A stretch of 64,000 nt of DNA from Bacteroidaceae bacterium (GTDB lineage: Bacteria; Bacteroidota; Bacteroidia; Bacteroidales; Bacteroidaceae): the NCBI GenBank assembly GCA_017447625.1, contig JAFSNB010000037.1, forward strand, positions 1,630-65,629, read 5' to 3'. The notes below the pieces were generated by a model. That model was not told the DNA's origin, searched no databases, and saw nothing but the letters and a program-made list of their open reading frames with translations. Each line of letters opens with the position of its first letter. The first letter of the stretch is position 1. Made by a program: the position numbers and the translations under genes. Shown here piece by piece: positions 1-7,645 of this stretch.

Positions 1-131
1 GCATCAAACCACCATTCGTACAGCATCAGTATGCTGTTGGACCTGCATCAATTTTCGAGGCTTGCCTAAATAATAGTAACCTTCATCATTTCTCATTTAA
101 ACTACTGATTAATAAGATGTTACATCAAAAC

Positions 132-196
132 AAACCTACATCAAACCTACATGCAACCATCATTATGTAGGTTCAATGTAGGTTTGATGTAGGTTT
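132..196. repeat. Perfect 21-bp inverted repeat forming a long hairpin (arms 132-152 and 176-196), built from ACCTACAT-type short repeats
   Basis: AAACCTACATCAAACCTACAT at 132-152 is the exact reverse complement of 176-196. It is followed by ATTTTG and lies downstream of the adaptor gene that ends at 320. Confidence 0.7.
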
Positions 197-319
197 ATTT
201 TGAAATAGATTCCTACAAATCAGGCACTTAGGCTCAAAATGATGAAGGTTACTGTCGTTCTTAGCGTAGACACCCTTCTTGGTGGAGAGTGCCCTTTCAT
301 TCATAGGAGCAAAGTTGGT

Positions 320-1438
320 TTACTTCTCGGGAGTGATTTCCAGACCGCGCAGTTTTTCGTCTTTCTGCAGTCCCTTTTTGATTTCGATGTTGATGCCGTC
401 CGAGAGGCCGGTGACGACGGCGCGACGCTCGTATGTCTGCTGGCTGCCCTCACCGTGAATAACGTGGACGAAGGCGGTGTCGCCGCTGAAGGTGATGGCT
501 CCCTCGGGGATGGAAAGCACCTGCTTGGCTTCGGCCAGTACGATTTGGGCGGTGGCGCTGTAACCGCTGCGGATGTCAGCTGCGGCTCCGTCGGCTGTGG
601 CTGGTATGGTAACGGCGGCTTTAATCTCGAACTGATTGACTCCGCTGGCTTCGGTTGCCTTCGGGCTGATATATTCCAGACGGGCTTCGAAGCGTGTGTT
701 CTGCAGGGCACCGATGGTTATCTGCATCGGCATCCCCACGGAGAGGCGGCCCACCTCGGTCTCGTCGATGTTGCCGCGGAAGATGAGGTCGGACATGTCG
801 GCTACGGAGGCGATAGTTGTACCGTCGTTGAAGGTGTTGCTGAGGATTACGGAGTTACCGACCTTGACGGGGATGTTGAGGATGCGGCCGCTGATGGTAC
901 TGCGGACGAGGGTGTTGGACGAGGAGGCGTTGGAGGAGGAGACGCCGTCGCGAACGACCTCTAACTGGTCTTGGGCTGCCAGCACCTCTTCGCGCGACTG
1001 GTCGTAGGCTTGTTTCGCTTTCTCGAACTCGTTGGCAGAGATGAGGCCTTTGTCGAAGAGGCGCTGCTGACGCTCGAAGTCGGTGCGGGCCTGGTTGGCG
1101 TTGATGTTGGCCAGACGGACGCGGGCCTCGGCGCTGCTGAGCTGGTTCATGTCGGGGATTACTTTCAGACGGGCTATCACCTCGCCTTTCTCCACGCGGT
1201 CGCCGGCCTCTTTGAGCAGCTCAGCGATGATGCCGCTCATCTGCGGCTTCACGTTCACCTCGTCGCGCGGCTCAATCTTACCGGTGATTACGGTGGTTTT
1301 GCTTATGTCACGCAGCATGGGCGTGACGGTCTCATAGACCGTGGGGGTGGGGCGTGACTGCCACCAGAGGAATACGAATGTCCCGACAAAAAGCAGCAGG
1401 ACGAGCAGGATTACGATGGGTCGGATAATCTTTTTCAT
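320..1438 (-). CDS. Efflux transporter periplasmic adaptor subunit (HlyD/MacA-type membrane fusion protein)
   Basis: ORF 320..1453 has an N-terminal membrane anchor (IRPIVILLVLLLFVGTFVFLWW) and coiled-coil plus beta-barrel regions typical of MFPs. It is the last gene of an ATPase-permease-permease-adaptor operon. The start was moved to MKK at 1438 because upstream codons run into a GC hairpin repeat. Confidence 0.85.
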   Translation of the reverse strand: MKKIIRPIVILLVLLLFVGTFVFLWWQSRPTPTVYETVTPMLRDISKTTVITGKIEPRDEVNVKPQMSGIIAELLKEAGDRVEKGEVIARLKVIPDMNQLSSAEARVRLANINANQARTDFERQQRLFDKGLISANEFEKAKQAYDQSREEVLAAQDQLEVVRDGVSSSNASSSNTLVRSTISGRILNIPVKVGNSVILSNTFNDGTTIASVADMSDLIFRGNIDETEVGRLSVGMPMQITIGALQNTRFEARLEYISPKATEASGVNQFEIKAAVTIPATADGAAADIRSGYSATAQIVLAEAKQVLSIPEGAITFSGDTAFVHVIHGEGSQQTYERRAVVTGLSDGINIEIKKGLQKDEKLRGLEITPEK

Positions 1439-1453
1439 TGTGATAAGACCCAC

Positions 1454-1704
1454 CCCCGAACCCCTCCCGTGAGGGAGGGGAGCGGCTAGCGCTTGGAGGT
1501 TTATAGGGTCATTATTTTAAATTAACGATTTTACTATTAACGATTTACTATTGATATTTATTTTAAATACATCCCGCAGGATTCCCCTCCATTACGGGCG
1601 ACTGGGGTCTTTAGAGAAGCCACTGAATGTGGCTTCGGCCCCACAAAGGGGAGCGAATCCCCATTCGCGACGGAGGGCAGGTGCCCTTTAGGGCGGGGTG
1701 GGTC
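1454..1704. repeat. Composite repeat-filled operon spacer: chain of small GC hairpins plus AT-rich tandem units
   Basis: Hairpins seen: CCCCTCCC-GTGA-GGGAGGGG (1461-1480), GAAGCCAC-TGAAT-GTGGCTTC (about 1614-1636), CCCC-ACAAA-GGGG, GCGAAT-CCCC-ATTCGC. The region is bracketed by AAGACCCACCC (1446-1456) and GGGTGGGTCTT (1696-1706) in inverted orientation. Confidence 0.75.
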
Positions 1705-2952
1705 TTAATCCTCATGCATGGCCTCGACGGGCTTGATGCGCATGGCGCGGAGGGCAGGCGGGAGACCGGCAAGGATGCCAAGGACGGTGAGCAGGAGGAC
1801 TGCGCCGATGGCGGTGCCTACTGCCACCTGGAAATGTGCGGCGACGATGCCGTCCTCGGTGTTCGCCAGTTGCAGCATCTGCAGGATCATCACGGCAAAG
1901 AGAATGCCGCTCATGCCCGCCACGGCCGTGAGCACGATGCTCTCGCTTATGATTTGGGATAGGATTTTCAGTGGTGTGGCTCCGATGGCGCGGCGGATGC
2001 CGATCTCTGTGGTTCGTTCACGCACCGTCACCATCATTATGTTGGAAACGCCGATGGCTCCGGCAAGCAGGGTGCCGATGCCCACGAGCCAGATGAGGAA
2101 ATTGACTCCGCTGAAGAGGTTGTCCATAACGCCGAAGAGGACTTCGGTGTTGAAGATCATCACCGCCTTCTCGTCCTCCGGGTCAACGTCATGAGCGCGG
2201 GCTATCACCTCGCGCATACGCGGGGTAATCTGACTGATGGTCACGCCGGGCTTGCCCGTGACGGCAATGAGTTCCAGCGTGTCGCCCATGTTGTATGCCT
2301 GCTGCATCAGGGTGAACGGCACACACACGCTCTCGTCTGCCGACCCGTTGATGTTCATGTTGCCCTCGGCATAATCCACGCCGATGACCTGGTAATAGGT
2401 CGAGTCTATGCGAATAAGCTCGCCCGAGGGGTCGCCGCCGCCGGGGAACAGGGTCTTGTAGATCTTCTTGCCTATGACACACACCTTGCGGTTCTGCATC
2501 ATGTCCATGTCGTTGAGATAACGTCCGAAACGGATGCGGGGCGCATCGACCTTGGCGTAGTCGGGTTGCAGGCCCTTGACGTTGCATGAGACGCGATGGT
2601 CGCCATAGACGGCTCCCGCTCCCCAGTGGGAGAGCACGGGTGAGACGACATCCAGCCCGGGAACCTGAGCCTGCAGACGTTCCACGTCGTGACGGACCAT
2701 GCTCCAGCGGCGTCCCTTGCGGAAGCCGTGGTAAGGGCGTGTCGTAGGCTGGGACCAGACGAGGGCAGAATTGGTGGCGAAGCCCTCGAAGGTGTTCTCC
2801 AGAAGTTCCTTCAGGCCGTCGCCTCCGCCTATCAGGGCCACGAGCATGAACACGCCCCAGAACACGCCGAATCCGGTGAGGAAAGAGCGCGTCTTGTTGC
2901 GGAGCAATGTCTCCGTAATCTCGCGGAAGGAATCAGGGTCGAACCAGAGCAT
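1705..2952 (-). CDS. ABC transporter permease, FtsX/MacB-type (MacB periplasmic core domain plus C-terminal FtsX helices)
   Basis: 415-aa ORF with an N-terminal TM helix, a large extracytoplasmic domain and three C-terminal TM helices. It is adjacent to a paralogous permease and an ABC ATPase. Confidence 0.85.
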   Translation of the reverse strand: MLWFDPDSFREITETLLRNKTRSFLTGFGVFWGVFMLVALIGGGDGLKELLENTFEGFATNSALVWSQPTTRPYHGFRKGRRWSMVRHDVERLQAQVPGLDVVSPVLSHWGAGAVYGDHRVSCNVKGLQPDYAKVDAPRIRFGRYLNDMDMMQNRKVCVIGKKIYKTLFPGGGDPSGELIRIDSTYYQVIGVDYAEGNMNINGSADESVCVPFTLMQQAYNMGDTLELIAVTGKPGVTISQITPRMREVIARAHDVDPEDEKAVMIFNTEVLFGVMDNLFSGVNFLIWLVGIGTLLAGAIGVSNIMMVTVRERTTEIGIRRAIGATPLKILSQIISESIVLTAVAGMSGILFAVMILQMLQLANTEDGIVAAHFQVAVGTAIGAVLLLTVLGILAGLPPALRAMRIKPVEAMHED

Positions 2953-2997
2953 GTTTGATGTAAAATCTTTTACTTTTTAATTTTTACTTTTTCCTTT

Positions 2998-4254
2998 TCA
3001 TTTGTTTAGTGCCTCTATCGGGCGGATGCGGGCGGCTTTGAGGGCCGGAACGAGTCCGGCGAGGGTGCCTGCGACGATGAGGACTATGGTGACGCCGATG
3101 CTGGTGCCGAGACCAACGGTGGGGTTCACGAACATCGTGGTCTGGAAGAGGCCAGTGTCGATGACGCGGCTGCCGAGGGTGGCATCCATATATAGGTTGG
3201 CAATCACTCCGAGCAGCATACCGATGTAGCCGAAGATGGCTGTGATGATGATGCTCTCGGTGATGATGATGCGGAGGATGGAGGCGGGTGTGGCGCCGAT
3301 GGCTTTGCGGATACCGAACTCGCGTGTGCGCTCGCGTACCGTTATCAGCATTATGTTCGAGACGCCCACGATGCCGCTGAGCAGGGTGAAGAGTCCGATG
3401 ATCCACAGCGAAGTGCGGATGATATTCATACCCATAGCCATCTGCATGGCCTGCGTGAAGCGATTCCACAGCCAGATGGCCTCCTCGTCGTCCGGCGCCG
3501 CCTGGTGGTTGCGGTTCAGGGCAGCGCGGTAGCGGCCCTCGAACTCTTCGTTCGCCTTTTCGGTGGCGAGACCGTGGAAGGTGAAGGCGATGCGGTCGGC
3601 GCGGTCGCCACGGTTGTATATGGAGCGCAGGGTGGTGAAGGGGGTGGTCACGTCGGTGTTGCTGCGGCTCTTGTCCTCCTGCTCGATACCGACTACGGTG
3701 AATACCATCCCGCCGACTTTCACGTTCTGTCCCACGAGCGAGCGCGGGGCGCGGGGATAGAGCTCACGAGCCATATTCTCCGGCAGAACGAGGACTTTGC
3801 GCTGGTCGCGTATGTCGAGATCGTTGATGAAACGGCCTGCGGCCATCTTCGTCTTGCTGATTTCGGCGTTTACGGGATATACTCCACGCAGGCTGCCGTT
3901 GACGTAGTTCTCGCCGTAGGTGATGATGGCTCCGCCCTGTTGTATTATACCTCCTGAGCGGTCGATATTCTCGGTGAAACGGGTGTTTGTAATCAGCATG
4001 TCACCGTCGTTGAGGTTTATGTTTCGCCCTTCTTTCAGACCCTCGTAGCCCTTAGATGTCTGTCCGCCGAACACCATCATGGAGTTATCGACCCAGCGGT
4101 CGTTGTTCGCCTCCTGAGCGTTGATGAGGCCGTTGCCCGCTCCGAGCAGGACAATGAGCATGAAGATGCCCCACGCCACAGCGAATCCTGTGAGCGCGGT
4201 GCGGAGGCGGTTGCGCCTCGCTGTCTGCCATATTTCCCTCAGAAGTTCAAACAC
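2998..4254 (-). CDS. ABC transporter permease, FtsX/MacB-type
   Basis: 418-aa ORF, a paralogue of 1705..2952 with the same topology (example segment RERTREFGIRKAIGATP). Confidence 0.85.
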   Translation of the reverse strand: MFELLREIWQTARRNRLRTALTGFAVAWGIFMLIVLLGAGNGLINAQEANNDRWVDNSMMVFGGQTSKGYEGLKEGRNINLNDGDMLITNTRFTENIDRSGGIIQQGGAIITYGENYVNGSLRGVYPVNAEISKTKMAAGRFINDLDIRDQRKVLVLPENMARELYPRAPRSLVGQNVKVGGMVFTVVGIEQEDKSRSNTDVTTPFTTLRSIYNRGDRADRIAFTFHGLATEKANEEFEGRYRAALNRNHQAAPDDEEAIWLWNRFTQAMQMAMGMNIIRTSLWIIGLFTLLSGIVGVSNIMLITVRERTREFGIRKAIGATPASILRIIITESIIITAIFGYIGMLLGVIANLYMDATLGSRVIDTGLFQTTMFVNPTVGLGTSIGVTIVLIVAGTLAGLVPALKAARIRPIEALNK

Positions 4255-4552
4255 CTTAGTTTAATTCATAATTCTTAATGCATAATTCATAATTATTCGA
4301 CTACGCTCATCAGTACGTCATAAATAGGCTGCGCGAAGCTATCAATAAACGAACACTAATCTCACTAATTAAACGAATCATTCTTCAACATTAATTGCCA
4401 TTAATTGGCACGTTAATTTATCATTAATGAATAATTATATGGACAAATTTATAATAATTATATGTGAAAAATAAAAGGGTTCGCGCAGCCCAATGGTCAA
4501 TGTTCAATGGTCAATGTTCAATGTTTAAAGTTCAATGTTCAATGATCAATGT
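4255..4552. repeat. Composite AT-rich modular repeat inside an operon spacer
   Basis: Contains ATTATGA/C-type heptamers on the reverse strand (4262-4295) and the core TTCGACTACGCTCATCAGTACGTCAT (4296-4321). Module A at 4374-4490 is about 90% identical by eye to 31921-32040. An AATGTTC heptamer array starts at 4488. Confidence 0.8.
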
Positions 4553-4566
4553 TCAATGTTCAATGA
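4488..4566. repeat. Tandem heptamer array, about 11 units of AATG(T/G)TC
   Basis: Read directly as AATGGTC AATGTTC AATGGTC AATGTTC AATGTTT AAAGTTC AATGTTC AATGATC AATGTTC AATGTTC AATGATG. It overlaps the last codons and the stop of the ABC ATPase gene. Confidence 0.9.
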
Positions 4567-5215
4567 TGCCGTCTTTAATGCGGATTATGCGGTTGGTCTG
4601 CGCGGCCACGCCAGGGTCGTGGGTTACGATGACCATGGTGATATGCTCCTCGCGGTTGAGGCGTTTCAGCAGTTCCATCACTTCGACGCCGGTGGCGGAG
4701 TCAAGGGCGCCGGTGGGCTCGTCAGCGAGGATGATCTGCGGACGTGTGATTAGTGCGCGGGCTATGGCTACGCGCTGTCTCTGTCCGCCACTCATCTCTG
4801 CCGGATAGTGCTCGCTCCAGCCCGTAAGCCCCATGTATTCAAGCTGCTGCATGGCCAGCTCGTGACGTTTGCGCTTCGACACACCCTGATAGAACAGGGG
4901 CAGCTCGACGTTCTCCACCGCCGTCTTGAAATTGATGAGGTTGAAGCTCTGGAAGATGAAGCCGATCATCCGGTTGCGGTAGTGGGCGGCACGTGTCTCG
5001 CTCAGGTCTTTGATGAGGGTGCCGTTTAGCCGGTAGGTGCCGCTGTCGTAGTCGTCGAGTATGCCGAGGATGTTGAGCAGGGTACTCTTGCCGGAACCGG
5101 AGGCTCCCATGATGCTCACCAGCTCTCCCTCGGCGATGTCGAGGTTGATGCCCTTCAGCACATGCAGGGGCTGGGCACCGGCGTAGGTCTTGTTTATGTC
5201 GCGTAGTTCTATCAT
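4553..5215 (-). CDS. ABC transporter ATP-binding protein (MacB/LolD-like)
   Basis: Walker A GASGSGKST, signature MSGGQRQRVAIARAL, Walker B ILADEPTGALD. The ATGA start/stop overlap with the upstream gene lies at 5212-5215. Confidence 0.92.
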   Translation of the reverse strand: MIELRDINKTYAGAQPLHVLKGINLDIAEGELVSIMGASGSGKSTLLNILGILDDYDSGTYRLNGTLIKDLSETRAAHYRNRMIGFIFQSFNLINFKTAVENVELPLFYQGVSKRKRHELAMQQLEYMGLTGWSEHYPAEMSGGQRQRVAIARALITRPQIILADEPTGALDSATGVEVMELLKRLNREEHITMVIVTHDPGVAAQTNRIIRIKDGIIEH

Positions 5216-6867
5216 CTTGAAGTCATTGTGAGGCGCAAAAGACCGATGAAACGGCCGTTTTTGCCCATTTGGTTGTCTATGACGCTTTGCCCGTCGAGGT
5301 TCTGCAGCACTTCGGGCCGAGTGAAATAAGTGTGGCTGTGACCGCCAAGGACGATGTCTATGTTGCGGGTTGCAGGTATCAGCTCCTCATCGCTCGTGCC
5401 GTCTATTTTCCATCCGAGGTGGCTGAGACAGATGATGAGGTCGCAGTGTTCCACGTCACGCAGGTAGTCAGCCACGGGCTGAGCCGCCTCGATGGGGTCG
5501 GTGTATTTCACCCCCTTGGACGTGGAGGCTGACACCAGCCCCTCCAGTTTCGGGCCTACGCCGAGGATGCCTATCCTCGCGCCCGCGCGATTAATAATAA
5601 TGTATGGTTTTACGAGTCCCTCGCAGGGAGTGCCCGTGAAGTCGTAGTTGCAGCAGACGATGGGGAACTTGGCCAAGCGGAAGATGCGGGCCATGTTCTC
5701 CAGTCCGAAATCAAACTCATGATTGCCGATGGTGGCAGCGTCGTAGCGCATCAGATTCATCAGACCCACCTCCACGTCGCCCTTGTACAGCGAGTAGTAG
5801 GTGGAACCTTGGGAGAAGTCGCCGCAGTCGAACAGCAGCAGGTCGGGGTTCTTCTGTCGCAGGTCGCGCAGGAACGCCATGCGGCGCAGATATCCGCCCT
5901 TGTCTGCCTGTGCTGTGTCGGACAGGTTCGGGTTCAGCGGCTCAACGCACGAGTGGGTGTCGTTGGTATGGACAACCAACAGGGTGGAGGACTCTCCCCC
6001 CGCCCTCCCTGTGAGGGAGGGAGCAGAATGAGTTTGGCTGGATGTAGTCCTGCTTTGTATATCTTGTTCCTTGTCTGGCGAGTAACTACTCCCCTCCCTC
6101 ACAGGGAGGGGCAGGGGGGAGAGTCCGCCGCTAATGCGTCCCTCAACCTGTGCTTTGGCTTTCTCGCCGCGTTCGTTCAGATAGGTGAAGTACTGGCAGA
6201 GCAGGTCGCGGGTGGGGACAGGGTAGTCCTTGCGGGCCACTGCGCTCTTCAGAGCCGTCATCTTGTCGTTGCCGTCGGCGAGGTAATTCAAAGTGGATAT
6301 AGTGTATGTGGCCTCGGGGTCGATGGGCTTGCCGTCAAGTGTGGCAGATACCAGCGTGCGTGTCTGTGTGTTTATCACCAGACGCACCTCGCGGCTCACT
6401 CCCTCGCCACCAACGAACGCGATATTCTCGAAGAGGCGGGTCAGGTCGCGACCTTTCAGCTGCACAATGCTCAGCACGTTCTCGAACGGCGCGATTGCCA
6501 TGATGTCACCCACGCGCACCGTGTCCTTCGGCATCGCCGCACGCAGACCGCCAATGTTGCACAGTCCCATGTCAATCTTCTGGCCCTGCTGCTCGCCTGC
6601 CCATTTCATCACGTCAGCCACCCAGTTGGAAAGCGGGCTCTCGGGTCGGCGGGCGTACATGCATTCCTCGCTCAAGCCGACAAACGGGCGGCGCAGCGAA
6701 TCCACACCCGCTTTATACGGGGCTATGAATTCCTCTGCCTCACGCGACGGGTTCGCATCCAGCCTCTTCGTCACCTCATAGCGCGACGGGCGCACGCGGC
6801 TCAGACGATAATTCTGCGCGAAACATTGAAGAGGGAGGAGCAGCAGAAGTAATACTTTATATCTCAT
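5212..6867 (-). CDS. Fused 5'-nucleotidase: signal peptide plus 5'-nucleotidase C-terminal (substrate-binding) domain, joined by a repeat-encoded linker to a calcineurin-like metallophosphatase domain
   Basis: Signal peptide MRYKVLLLLLLPLQCFAQ. The C-terminal half has metallophosphatase motifs (VVHTNDTHS, GNHEFDFG, GGHSHT). The linker is encoded by the 138-bp TIR element at 5989-6126. Confidence 0.75.
   Translation of the reverse strand: MRYKVLLLLLLPLQCFAQNYRLSRVRPSRYEVTKRLDANPSREAEEFIAPYKAGVDSLRRPFVGLSEECMYARRPESPLSNWVADVMKWAGEQQGQKIDMGLCNIGGLRAAMPKDTVRVGDIMAIAPFENVLSIVQLKGRDLTRLFENIAFVGGEGVSREVRLVINTQTRTLVSATLDGKPIDPEATYTISTLNYLADGNDKMTALKSAVARKDYPVPTRDLLCQYFTYLNERGEKAKAQVEGRISGGLSPLPLPVREGSSYSPDKEQDIQSRTTSSQTHSAPSLTGRAGGESSTLLVVHTNDTHSCVEPLNPNLSDTAQADKGGYLRRMAFLRDLRQKNPDLLLFDCGDFSQGSTYYSLYKGDVEVGLMNLMRYDAATIGNHEFDFGLENMARIFRLAKFPIVCCNYDFTGTPCEGLVKPYIIINRAGARIGILGVGPKLEGLVSASTSKGVKYTDPIEAAQPVADYLRDVEHCDLIICLSHLGWKIDGTSDEELIPATRNIDIVLGGHSHTYFTRPEVLQNLDGQSVIDNQMGKNGRFIGLLRLTMTSR
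5989..6126. repeat. 138-bp MITE-like element with roughly 35-bp GC-rich terminal inverted repeats, in frame inside a CDS
   Basis: The left arm GGACTCTCCCCCCGCCCTCCCTGTGAGGGAGGGAG (5989-6023) pairs with the right arm CTCCCCTCCCTCACAGGGAGGGGCAGGGGGGAGAGTCC (6089-6126). Each arm also contains its own CTCCCT-loop-AGGGAG hairpin. Single arms recur at 16719-16762, 51994-52030 and 54295-54365. Confidence 0.85.
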
Positions 6868-6939
6868 TTTTACATTAAACTTTAAACCTTAACTTTTTAA
6901 CGATTTAATTTTTTAAGCTTTTAACCTTAAATGGATGCG

Positions 6940-6947
6940 CAAAGGTA
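6940..6947 (-). promoter_or_regulatory. Bacteroidota -7 promoter box (TACCTTTG on minus strand) for the nucleotidase/ABC operon
   Basis: The reverse complement of CAAAGGTA matches the TAnnTTTG consensus about 70 nt upstream of the start at 6867. Confidence 0.55.
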
Positions 6948-7073
6948 CGTAAAAGTTGCAAAAGGGAAGTCGAGATTAGGTTAAATAAGTCAAATAAGGT
7001 CTCAAAAAGCACTTTTTTATGCCAAAAGAGAAAAAAACTATGAATAATGAATTGTCAATTGTGAATTAATCCG

Positions 7074-7081
7074 TACCTTTG
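7074..7081 (+). promoter_or_regulatory. Bacteroidota -7 promoter box TACCTTTG for rplS
   Basis: Matches the TAnnTTTG consensus about 95 nt upstream of the rplS start. Confidence 0.55.
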
Positions 7082-7174
7082 CGCCCGCTTTCGGCGTGGG
7101 TCGCTGGCAGGAAGGTTCGAGTTGCCTGTTATGCCCATGCTTGATCGACAAACAATTTTAAAACCATCAACAAA

Positions 7175-7549
7175 ATGGCAGACTTACTTAAAATTGCTGA
7201 AGAAGCATTTGCTACTGGCAAGAGCCACCCCACATTCAAGGCTGGTGACACCGTGACTGTAGCTTACAAAATTGTCGAGGGTAACAAGGAGCGCATCCAG
7301 CTCTATCGCGGCGTAGTCATCAAGATCTGCGGTCACGGAGAGAAGAAGCGTTTCACCGTTCGCAAGATGAGCGGCACCGTCGGTGTGGAGCGTATCTTCC
7401 CCATCGAGAGCCCGAACATTGACAGCATCACCGTCAACAAGGTCGGTAAGGTGCGTCGCGCTAAACTCTATTATCTGCGTAACCTCACCGGTAAGAAGGC
7501 ACGCATCGCTGAGAAGCGTCCCAATGGCGGCAAGCAGGTTGAGGATTAA
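7175..7549 (+). CDS. rplS: 50S ribosomal protein L19
   Basis: 124 aa. [60 protein letters not shown] is the canonical L19 pattern. Confidence 0.95.
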   Translation: MADLLKIAEEAFATGKSHPTFKAGDTVTVAYKIVEGNKERIQLYRGVVIKICGHGEKKRFTVRKMSGTVGVERIFPIESPNIDSITVNKVGKVRRAKLYYLRNLTGKKARIAEKRPNGGKQVED

Positions 7550-7593
7550 AGAGCAAGGCAATCCAATAAGACACATCGGTATCTTATTCAAAT

Positions 7594-7624
7594 ATAGGCG
7601 GCACGTAAATGTCGCCTATGTTTT
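7594..7624. terminator. Rho-independent-type hairpin between convergent rplS and fucI
   Basis: ATAGGCG (7594-7600) pairs with CGCCTAT (7613-7619), followed by TTTTGTTT. A second small hairpin AATAAGA/TCTTATT lies at 7565-7588. Confidence 0.6.
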
Positions 7625-7645
7625 GTTTATGAGATTTTAATTTGC

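Noticed and set aside
1-96. Short ORFs at the window edge (plus-strand frame ending at 69; minus-strand 30-aa ORF at 4..96)
   Set aside because: They are too short and lack context. It cannot be decided whether a gene 3' end enters the window.
239-964. 241-aa plus-strand ORF (and other ORFs at 301..711, 636..1007, 971..1357)
   Set aside because: It is antisense to, or out of frame with, the well-supported membrane-fusion protein gene. Its composition is low-complexity and G/A/V/D-rich, typical of shadow ORFs in GC-rich coding DNA.
4464-4808. ORF translating to MFNGQCSMFKVQCSMINVQCSMM...
   Set aside because: The N-terminal part is simply the heptamer array read in frame, and the remainder is antisense to the ABC ATPase gene.
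5719-6852. 377-aa plus-strand ORF
   Set aside because: It is an antisense shadow of the nucleotidase gene and has no motifs.
7085-7150. tRNA-like T-loop (GGTTCGAGT) or structured leader upstream of rplS
   Set aside because: No acceptor stem or anticodon arm can be drawn, so it is not a tRNA. A regulatory leader cannot be supported without covariation data.
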